From assembly GCF_028641065.1 (NCBI RefSeq), contig NC_073381.1:23870001-23934000 (forward strand): DNA of 64,000 nucleotides, read 5' to 3'. This stretch comes from Leucoraja erinacea (lineage: Eukaryota). This document shows, piece by piece, positions 11,409-24,867 of the stretch (positions within the stretch are counted from its first letter, which is position 1; every line of letters starts with the position of its first letter). Below the pieces are notes generated by a model. That model worked only from the letters and a program-made list of their open reading frames with translations, did not search any database and had not been told where the DNA came from. Both the position numbers and the translations under genes were made by a program.

Positions 11409-12374
11409 AAGTTTCAGTGGAATGTGAAGTACTTCCAGTTTGTGGCTTCGCTGAGGCGGATGGCTTTGACAGCTTATGAAGTCTCGTTCCCAACCTCAGA
11501 GGCTGTCAGTGCGCTTGTCAGAAAGAAAATTTGCCATTCTCTCTAAATTTGCAAACATTCAACTAGGATCTGCTAAAAATATTTTTCAAAAATTGGTTTA
11601 AAAAATCTTCTAGGATAAAAAATATTTTAAAAAAATAACAGACTAAAATACAGTAAAATACATGAACTTAAATCAATTAAATCATTTAAACCTAGGATAT
11701 AAAATATAAAAAAATATAGTAAAATCCATGAATTTAAAACAATTAAATCATTTAAACTATCTTAATGCACACAAAGCCTTACTCACCCCATTCGCATTTC
11801 ATTGAGCGAGCTCTACCAGCAACAGAATTAAGAATGTTTGGTTATATGCAGATGACAGAGCAATGAAAGTTCTGCAGTTTTACAAGCACGTCAACAGGTT
11901 AATCTAGCAATAGTTCATGGGGTGAACTCTGGAAATTGTCAAAAGGCGATGCTGCCATGAAGTGGTCACTCAGGTTACTGAAGCCAACACCTGTAACCAC
12001 ACTGGAGGAAGCAGCCTGACCCAGGACATGGGTAATCGGTAATCACAAGCAGCAAAGATCTGCCCAATTGGCCTGGGCCATTTCTCAGGACTCCCTGGTG
12101 TACAACTAAGATGGGCATTAAGAACTTTACATCTCTAAAGGAGGAACATCAATTTTAAGGTATCACTCCATCGTGTTTCCACCGCACCATCCCCTGCACT
12201 CAAGAATAGCTCAGTGGAAGCTCCCACTACATTTGGACATGCCTGATATGGAATGGGCAATGGAGGACAGTATGGGAGAGAAATGACGTGGTAAAATATT
12301 TGCTATATTGTTGTTCTAATGACTGTCTTGCAGTTTCTTGGGAGTAAAGTTGTTGTTCTGCATCACATTGGCAG

Positions 12375-12462
12375 GTGCATCTACTACGAAATGCTGGAGA
12401 TGAAGTTACTATCACCGTTCAGTACCTCAGGGAAGCCCCATCCTTCCTTAAACTTCCATTAG
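12375..12462 (+). CDS. SNTG2: gamma-2 syntrophin coding exon (88 bp): VHLLRNAGDEVTITVQYLREAPSFLKLPL(G)
   Basis: ggcag|GTG acceptor, TTAG|gtaagc donor; PDZ C-terminal strand; not in the ORF track, translated by hand. Confidence 0.95.
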
Positions 12463-12481
12463 GTAAGCAACAAGAATGATA

Positions 12482-12878
12482 TGGTTCAGTGGTGTATTAT
12501 TGTCATGTGCACACACAGTGAAATTCTTCTTTGCATAGCACACACATGCACAAGTTGCCATATTGTGACGCAATTTGCAAAACGTCCAAAGTCCGGTTCA
12601 TGGTTCAAGTCCAGGTATTGGAGCAGCTCTGGATCCAGGTAAACCCCAGGCTGCTCTTGGCCTCCTGTGTCGCCCTCGACTGGCTTGGCCGGTGTATCGA
12701 CAACCCTCTCCTCGCCTGCCCACCTTTGTGTCCCAGGGGCGACTCCTGCAGCTGACATTGCAGGTGCTGGAGGCAATACCCCGGTCCTTCGCCTACCAGC
12801 CCACTCCTCATGTCTGATTATTGCCAGCAGTTCCCACCTCGTCGGCCCACAGCAGCTTCCGTTGTGACGTCGAGCCAA
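12482..12878 (-). mobile_element. Non-autonomous retroposon fragment with LINE-like 3' tail, just downstream of the exon donor
   Basis: 12482-12595 similar to 41914-42030 (tggttca..ttattgtca.gtg..gtgaaatt..cacacatgca..gccatat); GC-rich body. Confidence 0.5.
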
Positions 12879-12984
12879 GCCAGAATGATGTAGATAAGTG
12901 TTTGATTATTTCCTACTATGGCAGTAGGGGGAGGTGTTGGAGATTGACTACCAAGGTTACCTTTGATTGCTTGTAAAGCGCTGA

Positions 12985-15232
12985 GCAAAATAGCTAAGCC
13001 TGGTAGAGCTGCTGCCTCACAGGGCCAATGACCCGGGCTTGATACTGTCTGTGTAGAGTTCTCTGTGTACATTCTCCCTGGGACCGCGTGGGTTTCCTTG
13101 GGGTGCTCCGGTTTCCTCACACATCCCAAAGATGTGCAGGTTTGTTGGTTAATTGAACCTTTAATGGTGTAGGAACAAAGCTGAGGCCACGCGCCAACTC
13201 TCAGGCACCTCCTCCTACTTACCCCTGGACCATGACCCCACAGACGAGCACCAGGCCACTATCTCTAGCACCATCACTGACTTCATCAACTCCCACGCCC
13301 TGCCTGCCCCCCCCGAGCCTCCAACCTCATCGTTCCTCAGCCCCACACGGCCCGATTTTACCTTCTCCCCAAAATCCACAAACCTGACTGTCCTGGGAGA
13401 CCCATTGTCTCTGCCTGTTCGTGCCCCACCGAACTTATTTCCACATACCTTGACTCCATCCTATCTCCCCCCCTCCTGGTTAAATCCATCCCTACCTATG
13501 TTCAAGACACCTCAGACACTCTCCGTCATCTCCGGGCATTCCATTCTCTAGGCCCCCATCCCCTCATCTTCACCATGGACGTCCAGTCACTCTACACCTC
13601 CATCCCCCACCAGGATGGTCTCAAAGCCCTCCGGTTCTTCCTCGACCGGAGAATCAACCTACACCCGTCCACTGACACTCTCCTCCGCCTAGCGGAGTTG
13701 GTCCTTACCCTCAAAAACTTCTCGTTTGGCTCCTCCATTTCCTCCAAAAACAAGGCGTAGCTATGGGCACGCGCATGGGCCCCAGCTATGCCTGCCTCGT
13801 TGTCGGGTACGTCGAACAATCCTTGTTCAATACGTACCAGGGCCCCATCCCCGACCTCTACCTCCGCTACATCGACAATTGCTTTGGTGCCACCTCCTGC
13901 ACCCACACACAACTGACTGACTTAATCCGCTTCACCACCAACTTCCATCCGGCAGTCAAATGCACCTGGACCATTTCCGACACTTCATTTCTTGACCTCA
14001 CTATCTCCATCGCAGGTGATAGACTTCTTACCGACATCCACTATAAACCCACTGACTCCCATGGCTATCAAGACTACTCTCCTTCCCACCCTGCTTCCAG
14101 TAAGGACTCCATCCCTTATCCCAATTCCTCCGTCTACGCCGCATCTGCCCCCAGGATGAGGTGTTCCACACCAGGACATCGGAAATGTCCTCATTCTTCC
14201 TCATCCCCCTCCCCTACTATGGATGAGGCTCGCACCAGGGTCTTTCCATACCCCATAACACTGCTCTCTTTCCCCATCCCCTCACTCGCAACAAGGGCAG
14301 AGTCCCCCTAGTCCTCACCTTTCACCCCACCAGCCGTCACATACAACAAATAATCCTCCGTCATTTTCGTCACATCCAACGTGACCCCACCACTCGCCAC
14401 ATCTTCCCATCTCCCCCCTCTGTCTGCTTTCCACAAAGACCGCTCCCTCCGTAACTCCCTGGTGAATTCTCCCCTTCCCTCCCGCACCACCCCCTCCCCG
14501 GGCGCTTTCCCTTGCAACCGCAAGAGATGCAACACCTGTCCCTTTACCTCCCCCCTCGACTCCATTCAAGGACCCAAGCAGTCGTTCCAGGTACGACAGA
14601 GGTTCACCTGCATCTCCTCCAACCTCATCTATTGCATCCGCTACTCTAGATGTCAGCTGATCTACATCGGTGAGACCAAGCGTAGGCTTGGCAATCGTTT
14701 CGTCAAACACCTCCGCTCATTCCGCACTAACCAACCTGATCTCCCGGTGGCTCAGCATTTCAACTCCCCCTCCCATTCCGAATCCGACCTCTCTGTCCTG
14801 AGCCTCCTCCATGGCCAGAGTGAGCACCACCGGAAATTGGAAGAACAGAACCTCATATTCCGCTTGGGCAGTCTGCACCCTAGTGGCATTCAACAATTGA
14901 ATTCACCAATTTCTGATAGCCCTTGCTCTCTCCTCCCCTTCTCAGCTCTCCCTCAGCCCTTGTGCTCCTCCTTTTTCCTTTTTTCCTTTTTTCTTTTTCC
15001 TTTCTTCTTCCCCCCCCCCCCCCCCCCCCCCAACCCTACATCAGTCTGAAGAAAGGTTTGGGCTCGAAACATTGCCTATTTCCTTCGCTCTTTATATGCT
15101 GCTGCACCCGCTGAGTTTCTGCAGCACTTTTGTCTACCATAGGAATGGAACTAGTGTGAATGGATGATAGATGGTCAGCATGGATTCAGTGTGCTGGAGG
15201 GCTTGTTTCCATGCTGTATCTCTAAACTCTAA
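12985..15232 (+). mobile_element. SINE split by the Penelope insertion (5' part to ~13175, 3' part 15140-15232)
   Basis: head ggtagagctgctgcctcacag and core ggtttcctcacacatcccaaag before the insertion; tail tgtttccatgctgtatctctaaac after it. Confidence 0.75.
13176..15139 (+). mobile_element. Penelope-like retroelement (RT + GIY-YIG endonuclease + terminal repeat), 5'-truncated and frameshifted
   Basis: ARFYLLPKIHK..GRPIVS, MDVQSLYTSIP, MGTRMGPSYA, YLRYIDN (RT), CNRKRCNTC linker, NLIYCIR...IYIGETKRRL (GIY-YIG); terminal repeat 15041-15138; possible TSD taggaa (13170-13175 / 15140-15145). Confidence 0.93.
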
Positions 15233-15852
15233 AAATAAAATGACATAATCAATATTAAAACAACATGAAGCAGTTAATACATGAAGTTTGATGCTACTTG
15301 GACAATTCAATAAATCATTACACTTCACAAGATTCAGACGGAATTCAAAATGTGAAATTTAGAACAATTTATATGAGTTTGTGTTAATCAGTGTTAACCG
15401 GGAAAAAAAATCAAAAATTGGCAATCAAATTATTTTATGGAACACAAGATTACAAGACCATAGTAGCAGGAGTAGACCCCACAGTCCCTTATGCCTTCCC
15501 TGCCATTCAGTTGTGGTTGAAACAACAATTAAGTTTGATTTGCACAAGACTTCAGTCCTCTCAGTGCTGGTTTTCCATAGCCCTCAATTCCCTGATCTTT
15601 CAAAGATGTATCAACCTCCTCTTTGAATCTCTCTAATGATCCAGCCTCCATAACTTGCTGGTGCAAAGAATTCCAGAGGTCACCATCCACGGAAAGAAAA
15701 AAATATGCCCCTCTGTTTTAAGTGATCCCCACATATCTTCTGGCTATACTCCCTCATTTGAATCTCTCCCACAAGTGGAAAAACTCAAGACCATGCATGC
15801 TTCAATAAGATAACCCATCATTCCTGTACATTCCAACAAATACCGATGAAAG

Positions 15853-16110
15853 TTTAGTTTAGTTAAGTTTAGAGACATCGCGGAAACAAGCCCTTCGGCT
15901 CACCGAGTCCACGCCGACCAGCAACACACTGGCACTGTCCAGCACGCTCGGGACAATTTACAATGTTTTCTGAAGTCAATTAACCTACAAACCTGTATGT
16001 CTTTGAAGTGTGGGAGTGGACCGGAACACCCGGGGAAAACCCACATAGTCACGGGGGGAATGTACAAACTCTGTACAGACAGCACCCTTAGTCATGATCG
16101 AACCCAGGTC
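15853..16110 (-). mobile_element. tRNA-derived SINE
   Basis: same family motifs as 3351-3653. Confidence 0.8.
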
Positions 16111-16614
16111 TTTAGGTATTTATTTATAATTAAAAAAAACTCTCTCAGCCCAGAAGTTAGCACAGTTAATCTCTTCGGGATTGTTTCATTGCCGGTATAT
16201 CCTTTCTTAAATAAAGGGACCAAAACTGTACTCAGTCCTCTGGGTGTATGTTCACCAGCACTGTAACAATACCCATCCATTTCTAATCATCAAATCCCTT
16301 GTAATAAAGGTCTTTTAAAATTGTCTCAAATTACGCAACACTTCTTGTATTAACCATCAGTGGTACTCATTTTGAATAATTTAACATGTTTCTAGCAAAG
16401 TAAAAGACCTCCATGCACTGAATATCAATCCCATCAGCACTACAATAACTTTTTAATTATTATCTCCAGGGCAAAAAGGACAGGGGCCATGCTGTGGCCA
16501 ACATTAAAGGATTAGGTTTAGGTTTATTATTATCACATGTACCAGCGTATAGTGACAAGCTTTGTTTTGCATGCTAATTAAATATATAAGATTTTATATA
16601 CATAAATATAATCA

Positions 16615-16748
16615 ATGTTTCGGAAGGAACTGCCAATGCTGGTTTATACCGAAGATGGACACAAAATGCTGGAGTAAATCAACGGGTCATGCATCATCGC
16701 CGGAGAAAAGGTATAGGTGATCTTTCGGGACGGAACCCTTCTTCAGAA
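16615..16748 (-). mobile_element. Penelope terminal repeat, decayed hammerhead core
   Basis: acacaaaatgctggagta...ggtgatctttcgggacggaacccttcttcag. Confidence 0.7.
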
Positions 16749-17159
16749 TATAATCTAGTCAGACTCAAATACAATGTATAGGTAAAGCATAGGGGAAGAT
16801 ACAGAGTGGAGAATATAGTTGAATAAAGCGAAATAGATCAGAGACACACAGCTTGATGTCTTAACAGAATGTAGATTCTGGAAAATAATGCTGAGAGAGG
16901 ATTTCCAGGATATGGAAACATTATGAAGGAAAAAGCAAGTGTGCAGTAATCTAGCGTTTTAACACTGTTGATGAGGAAAGCGGTACAGAGAAAATAAGCA
17001 AGTGAAGCACAGAAGAATGTTGAAATTCTGGCAATGATAAACCATGCAATATTAATCAGAAATATGTTGAGAAGCAGACAAAACTTGTCAGGCTTTAACT
17101 GCTGAACGGTTGAAAGGGTTAAATATGTTGAAAGTTTGTGACATTGGATTGGATAGTTG

Positions 17160-17316
17160 GATTGGATAAATTGGATAGTTATATGGATGGGAAGGGAATG
17201 GAGGGTTATGGTCTGAGCTGAGGTATATGGGACTAGGGGAGATTATGTGTTCGGCACGGACTAGAAGGGTCGAGATGGTCTATTTCCGTGCTGTAATTGT
17301 TATATGGTTATATGGT
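17160..17316 (+). mobile_element. CR1 3' end fragment, (tatatggt)n tail family
   Basis: closely similar to 61654-61800. Confidence 0.75.
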
Positions 17317-17765
17317 TTGCGGAGGCCACTGAGAGCCTACAGCATGGTGTCCTAGAGTAATTTTATGATTGAAATGCTTGGTACAAAGCAGAGTTCAGAG
17401 AATGACCAATCAATAGTATGCTGCATGTGATCACATTTCATGCATTGCCACAGATATCATTGGATGCAAAATAATGGGAAGAGGTTATATTTTTTTAAAA
17501 CAAGGCTTGACCGACTTCTTTTAAGGTGAGAGAGGCAAAGTTTAAAGGAGATGTATGGGGCAAGTTTTTTTTTTTAAGGTGTGCGTGCGTGCCTCCACAC
17601 CTCCACTCGCAATCGTGCTTTGCGGGAAACACACCCAACGGGTCTGCACTCCGTCTAGTAACATTTAAAAGGCTTTTAGATGGATATGCAAAAACCTCTC
17701 TCACCTATACCTACCTATATCCACATCACTTCTCTTCCAGTTTCTCCCCCACCCCCCACTATAAT

Positions 17766-17885
17766 CTGTCTGAAGAAGGGTCCCAACGCGAAACATCCCC
17801 TATGCATGTTCTCCAGTGATGCTGCCTGATCTGCTGAGTTACTCCAGCACTTTGTGTCTTTTTTTGTAAGTCAGCATCTGCATTT
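17766..17885 (+). mobile_element. Penelope terminal repeat with hammerhead-like core
   Basis: CTGAAGA A GGGTCCCAACGC GAAAC ATC at 17770-17797, followed by gatgctgcctgatctgctgagttactccagcac. Confidence 0.72.
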
Positions 17886-18090
17886 TCGTTTGCCAAAAGG
17901 TTATGTCTGATATTTTTCTAACTATTTGTTAACAGTTGTAATGATCCTCGTGAATTTGTGCTTGTGTTTTAAAAACCCATTTCACGAACAATCTCCTGCA
18001 GAGCTGGCCAGAGACTGTATTGATGGTTGGCCTGTCTCTTGACAACTCCTTCAACATGAAAACTATTGCATTTCTTCCTTTACTGTCTAG

Positions 18091-18182
18091 GCTCACCAGG
18101 CCCGTCCAGTGATCACAGCAGTGGGACATCCTCACCCCTATTTGACAGTGGTTTACATTTAAATGGAACCTCTACAAATACA
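18091..18182 (+). CDS. SNTG2: gamma-2 syntrophin coding exon (92 bp): (G)SPGPSSDHSSGTSSPLFDSGLHLNGTSTNT
   Basis: pyrimidine tract + ctag|GC acceptor, ACA|gtaagc donor; phase 1 matches previous exon; SNTG2-type 'SSPLFDSGLHLNG' motif. Confidence 0.95.
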
Positions 18183-19627
18183 GTAAGCTCTTCTCGGTTA
18201 TCTTTTTACCAATAATACGAGCCAATGCTCACTGTTGATTTGTATTATGATTAGATTTGTTTTGATTTTGAATGATAATGCTTCGTGATTGTCGAGCAAA
18301 AGCTCTAAGGTAGCTCCACCTAAGTCTCTTTGCAACGGTGGTACTATATGCTCTCAGTTGAAAAATCCCATATATCACATGCTTTCTCTGACTATGATTG
18401 TGCTTAAGCCAAACAGATATCTCAGAGTGGACAAAACTGTCTCATATTCTCTGGAGGTAAAAGGTTGCCAAGAGGCTACGCAGTGCTGCTGGTAGACCTG
18501 GTGCTTCACAATGCCAAAGACCAGCCAGGGTTTGATCATGACCTCGGGTGCTGTCTGTGTGGAGATTTAGACATTCTGGTGCAGGGATGGTGCAGTCCCA
18601 AAATGCTGACTATCATTTTACCTTATTGAATGCTGCTTGACCCGCTGAGTTCTTACAGATTATTTTTGCAGCTGTAGACATTTGTGTTACAAACCCAGAA
18701 AAATTGAACAGGGAGGAACCCGCTTGATTGTCGTCAAATAAACTGCAAAATAGTGCAGGGCTTCTTCTAAATGTTTAACCTTCACATCTTGATACATGTG
18801 CTGCACCAAGTTGTCCATTTCAACCAGTACCCCCTTCTCCATAAAGATTTACCATTATTTGGTGGGCTGAAGAGCCTGTGTTTCTAAAGTCTGAAGCCAA
18901 AATGTAACTGCTAGCTCGCATGGTTTTGGACTTGGGAGGAAACTGGAGCACCCAAAGGAAACCCAAATAATCACAAGGAAATCGCACAAACGCCACGCTG
19001 ACAACGCTCAGGATCATGATTGCACCTGGATCTCTGGCGCTGTGAGCCAATAACCCCACTAGCTGTGCCATTGCGCTATCTATATATGTAATTCCCCCAT
19101 TAAGTGCTTGGATCAGTTCAAATGCAAATTACTAAATGGTTTAATGGGTTTTCCATTCTTTAACTTGTGTTGTATAAAGGTTTGAGATAAAGCTGGAGCA
19201 ATTGTACAAAGCCATTTCCAGTTCACATAGCCAATAATCTCTCACCAACTGAAACAGATTTAGACTAATTTACTGTCATATACATCTGGGTGGAATTAAA
19301 TTTCCTGTTCACTTGAAGCTCAGTGAGTACACAAGATAATTGATAATAATAGATATAACAATACAACGATGAATGCAAAACTGCAAAATGGTGCAAAAGT
19401 TATATTTGCAATCTGAGATAGTGCAAGAAAATTGAAAGTACCATAATGGCATAACTGAAAGAGTGTAGGAGATGTGAAAGAAGTGAGTGTTTGAGGAGTC
19501 GGAGAGCAATGGGGAAGAAGCAGTTACTGTGGCTAGATGTCATGGCTTTTAAGCTCCCGTATCTTCTCCTAAAAGGCAGAAGAGGGGGAAGGGCAGCAGG
19601 CATACTTGGTGACACTTCCAGCCTTCA

Positions 19628-22155
19628 TGATAGAAACATAGAAAATAGGTGCAGGAGTAGGCCATTCAGCCCTTAGAGCCTGCACCGCCATTCAATATGA
19701 TCATGGCTGATCATCCAACTCAGTATCCTGTACCTGCCCTCTCTCCATACCCCCTGATCCCTTTAGCCACAAGGGCCACATCTAACTCCCTCTTAAATAT
19801 AGCCAATGAACTGGCCTCAACTACCTTCTGTGGCAGAGAATTCCAGAGATTCACCACTCTCTGTGTGAAAAATGTTTTCCTCATCTCGGTCCTAAAAGAT
19901 TTCCCCCTTATCCTTAAACTGTGACCCCTTGTTCTGGACTTCCCCAACATCGGGAACAATCTTCCTGCATCTAGCCTGTCCAACCCCTTAAGAATTTTGT
20001 AAGTTTCTATAAGATCCCCCCTCAATCTTCTAAATTCTAGCGAGTACAAGTCTTTCTTCGAAAGTCTGACATCCCAGGAATCAGTCTGGTGAACCTTCTC
20101 TTCTCCCTCTATATGTCCTTCCTGAAAGTCCTGTACATACTCCAGGTGTGGTCTCACCAGAGCCCTCACAACTGCAGAAGAATCTCTTTCTCTGTACTCC
20201 CTCTATGTTATGAAAGCCAAATGTCCTTCTGTCTCACTGCCTGCTTACCGAACTTTCAAAACGGTGTACAAGGACGCCCAGGTCTCGCTGCACCTTCCCC
20301 TTACCTAACCCCATTGAGATAATAATCTGCCCCCTTGTTTTTGCCACCTGTACAACTGCAGTAGAACCTCCCTACTCCTATACTCAAATCCTTTTGCTAT
20401 GAATGCTAACATACCATTCGCCTTCTTCACTGCCTGCTGCACCAGCATGCCTACTTTTAATGACTGGTGTACCATGACACCCAGGTCTCGTTGCATCTCC
20501 CCCTTTGCTAATCGGCCACCATTCAGATAATAGTCTACTTTCCTGTTTTTGCCACCAAAGTGGATAACCTCACATTTATCCACATTATACTGCATCTGCC
20601 ATGCATTTACCCACTTACCCAGCCTATCCAAGTCACCTTGCAGCCTCCTAGCATCCTCCACACAGCTAAAACTGCCCCCCAGCTTTGTGTCATCCGCAAA
20701 TTTGGAGATGTTGCATTCAATTCCCTCGTCCAAATCATTAATATATGTTGTAAATAGCTGGGGTCCCAGCACTGAGCCTTGCGGTACCCCACTAGTCACT
20801 GCCTGCCATTGTGAAAAGGACCCATTTACTCCTACTCTTTGCTTCCTGTCTGCCAGCCAGTTCTCTATCCACATCAATACTGATCCCCCAATACCGTGTG
20901 CTTTAAGTTTGTATACTAATCTCTTATGTGGGACCTTGTCGAAAGCCTTCTGAAAGTCCAGATATAACACATCCACTGGTTCTCCCTTATCCACTGTACT
21001 AGTTACATCCTCGAAAAATTCTATAAGCTTCGTCAGACATGATTTACCTTACATAAATCCATGCTGTCTTTGTCCAATGATTTCACCACTTTCCAAATGT
21101 GCTGCTGTCCCATCTTTAATAACTGATTCTAGCAGTTTCCCCACTACCGACGTTAGACTAACTGGTCTGTAATTCCCCGTTTTCTCTCTCCCTCCCTTTT
21201 TAAAAAGTGAGGTTACATTAGCTACCCTCCAATCCTCAGGAACTACTCCAGAATTTAAACGGTTTTGAAAAATTAGCACTAATGCATCCACTATTTCTGG
21301 GGCTACTTCCTTAAGTACTCTGGGATGCAACCTATCTGGCCCTGGGGATATATCGGCCTTTAATCCATTCAATTTCCCTAACACCACTTCCCGGCTAACC
21401 TGGATTTCACTCAGTTCTTCCATCTCATTTGACCCCCGGTTCCCTGCTATTTCCGGCAGATTATTTATGTCTTCCTTAGTGAAGACAGAACCAAAGTAGT
21501 TATTCAATTGGTCTGCCATGTCCTTGTTCCCCATGATCAATTCACCTGTTTCTGACTGCAAGGGACCTACATTTGTTTTAACTAATCGTTTTCTCTTCAC
21601 ATATCTATAAAAGCTTTTGCAGTCAGTTTTTATGTTCCCTGCCAGTTTTCTTTCATAATTTATTTTCCCTTTCCTAATTAAGCCTTTTGTCCTCCTCTGC
21701 TGCTCTCTGAATCTCTCCCAGTCCTCTGGTAGGCTGCTTTTTCTGGCTAATTTGGTGGCTTCATCTTTTGTTTTGATACTATCCCTGATTTCCCTTGTTA
21801 TCCACGGATGCACTACCTTCCCTGATTTATTATTTTGCCAAACTGGGATGAACAATTGTTGTAGTTCATCCATGAGGTCTTTAAATGCCTTCCATTGCAT
21901 ATCCACCGTCAACCCATTAAGAATCAATTGCCAGTCTATCTTGGCCATTTCACGTCTCATACCCACAAAGTTGCCTTTCTTTAAGTTCAGGACCCTTGTT
22001 TCTGAATTAATAATGTCACTCTCCATCCTAAAGAAGAACTCAACCATATTATGGTCACTCTTGCCCAAGGGACCACGCACAACAAGACTGCTAACTAACC
22101 CTTCCTCATTACTCAATACCCAATCTAGAATAGCCTGCTCTCTCGTTGGTTCCTC
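19628..22155 (-). mobile_element. CR1 LINE, 5'-truncated in the endonuclease domain; ORF2 broken
   Basis: GPLGKSDHNMV (APE end), [60 protein letters not shown]; (ttctatgt)n tail. Confidence 0.95.
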
Positions 22156-23214
22156 TACACGTTGGTTCCTCTACATGATGTAACGCCCCTCTAAGATGAA
22201 CTGAAATGAATCAAAGGAAATGATGAACCAGTGATGGTCTAGACTATATAACACAGAGATAGACAGATTTGTGATTAGTAAGGATGTCAGAGGATAAGGG
22301 GAGAAGGCAGGAGAATGGGGTTGAGAGGGAAAGATAGATCAGCCAGGATTGAATAGCGGAGTAGACTTGATGGGCCGAATGGACTAATTCTGCTCCTAGA
22401 ACTTATGACCTAGGCTGTGTTCAGTTGGCAAGTTCAGGTGGTCAAGATCAGATCAATTATCCTACCATCAGAATATTTTCTCTTACACATCTGTGAGCAT
22501 TCTTGAGAATCTCCATGGCACTGCCGGATCTACTCAAATGGCTCATTAAGTAAATGCACAAAAGGTTTTTCTTCATCACCACATCATTGTGAAGGGAGCA
22601 GGTTAGCATGCTGGTGAATATGGATGACTGGGAACTTGAAGTTGTTGATCACTTCTGCAGCAGCTTAGGTGACAAGGACAGGGCCCCCGTCTACCCGCCC
22701 GCTCGTACACATGTCACAAAGAATTGCCTTGTAAAATCCACCCTCAGTGACATAGCCAGGTGGTGCTTTGTTAATAGACCAGAAATTCCTCCCTCACCTC
22801 ATCTGCTGCTTAAGCGTGCATGGAATCTTATACAAATTGACACTGGGGAGTTAAATTAATGCTTTGTGTATTTTCCCGTCTGTTCTACAATTTTCTGCCA
22901 TGCCAGGTTTCCCGTTCTCACATTTCTTGGAATTAATTAAATCACAGTGAATTCCAAACTGGTAATTTAAACTTTACAGCAAAGGCTTACAATTGCAAAT
23001 AGAAAATTCATCTGGCAGTTCACTCGGGTGGTATACCCTTGACTCCTGGTATAAAGATTGGTCTGCAGAAAGAAATGGTAAGGAGGAATATGAGGCCTTG
23101 TTTGTTCTGCAGTGTTAACGTGCAGGTTTGGTCCCAGAACGAAAAGGGCCATAAAAAATATGAGATGAGAATAATCCTGTTTGAAGAATACCTCTCCCTC
23201 CATTTAACTATTCA

Positions 23215-23497
23215 ATCTTTAGACTTTAGAGATACCGCACAGAAACGGCTTATTTGGTCCACCGAGTTCACGACAATACACAATCACCCATACACTAACA
23301 CTATTCTACACACTAGGGACAATTTACAATTTACAAAAGTCAATTAACCTACAAGTCTTTGTAGTGTGAAAGGAAACCGGAGCACCTGGAGAAAACCCCA
23401 CATGGTCACCGGAAGAACGTACAAACTCCATGCAGACAGCGCACACAGGCAGGGTTGAACCTGGGCCTCTGGCGCTGTAAAGCAGCCACTGTGCCAC
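23215..23497 (-). mobile_element. tRNA-derived SINE
   Basis: ctttagagatac tail, ggaaaccggagcacc core, tRNA-like head. Confidence 0.8.
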
Positions 23498-24239
23498 CGT
23501 TTTCTTTCTTCCTCCTTTCCCCACAATTGTCAAAAGGAAGATTAATTTATCCTCACACCATTTTCTCAGACTGTAACCACATTTTCTATGAACAATCCAA
23601 TGAAGAGTGACAGTGTTATTCAGATCAAATGAAAGGAGCTGGTGAATTTGCTTTCATCTTCAAATCCGAGATAATGTTTTGGATGCTCCTATTCATTGGC
23701 TTGAATAAAATTGAAAGTGAAAATCTGTTTATGTCTAAGATAAAAGCTTAATGCTTTGTGATGTGAAGGTAGATCTCAATTTCTCAACAATTTCCTCGAT
23801 AATTGTCCAGTGAAGGTGAGATGTGTGTTTTCTACAGCCACTGCCTGCTTTAGCCAGATGTACCAGGGAGTGCTATACTGCATTTCTGTGGCTGCGATAT
23901 TGCCCAAACCTGGAGTGAGTACTTGGGGCTTATCAGTGAGCAGTTTAGGTTGTAATGCTTTGCCTGTCAAATGCAAATTAGGATAAATGAGACTGGAATG
24001 GCCTGAAGTCACTTTGTAGTTTAACCCAAAAGATACTAGAGCAGAGCAAGATAGACCACTCCAGCAAAATGCAACCCCAATCCTGGCACTCCCTGCACAA
24101 GACGCTGTTCCCAGCGGAGAGAAACTGTCCTCACTATAAACCCGAACCCTCTCTGCCTCTCCACTCATGCTTTTCATTCATAACTCCGGGACAGGATGTG
24201 CGCAGAGAGGGGTAAACAAACACACGAGGAATCATCTCA

Positions 24240-24867
24240 CTAGATAACGTGCGTGAGATAACTCACAGAGAGCGGAGAGGGAGAGAGTGGGAGGGAGGAA
24301 GGGAGAGGGAGCAGGCAGGGAGATAAGGGGGAGAGAGGGGAGGATGCCGACGGGAGGAGAGGGCAGGGAGAAAGGGGGGGGAGAGAGAGAGAGGGAGGGA
24401 AGGTGAGAGAGAGGAGGGAAAGAGGAAGGGGGAGAAAGGGTGGAAAGGAGAGAGTGGGACGGACGGGGAAAGAGGTGAGAAGGGGAGGGAGAGGAGAGAA
24501 GGGAGAGGGAGGGAAGAACAGACAATAGGAAGAGACAAAGGTGGACACTGCGAGAGAGGGGAGTGGAGAGTGGTCACGGAAGGAAAGAGTGGGGGGAAGA
24601 GCGAGGGAAAGACAGGGTCAGAACGAGAGACAGCAAGAGAGAGGGTAGAGGGAGAGATCGGGGGAGGAGAGTGAGAGAACTGTGAGGACAAGCGGGTCAG
24701 AATGCGAGGCCATGAGAGGAGAGAGAGGGACAGGTGGGTCGGGGCGATGTGGGCAGATGGAGAGATTGAAATGAAACAGGGAGAAATAAAGTAGCGAGAG
24801 AGAGAGATAGAGAGGGTATGATGTGGGGTTTTACACTAGAGCCTGAGAGAAGGGACCAAATAAAAGA
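24240..24867 (-). mobile_element. Possible non-autonomous Helitron with a low-complexity purine/pyrimidine tract
   Basis: minus strand A|TCTTTTATTTGG start, GTGAG-TTAT-CTCAC hairpin ~10 nt before CTAG|T; interior GA-rich on plus strand. Confidence 0.4.

Noticed and set aside
11640-11760. AT-rich ~66-bp tandem repeat as a CRISPR-like array
   Set aside because: Only two imperfect units, no spacers, eukaryotic intron
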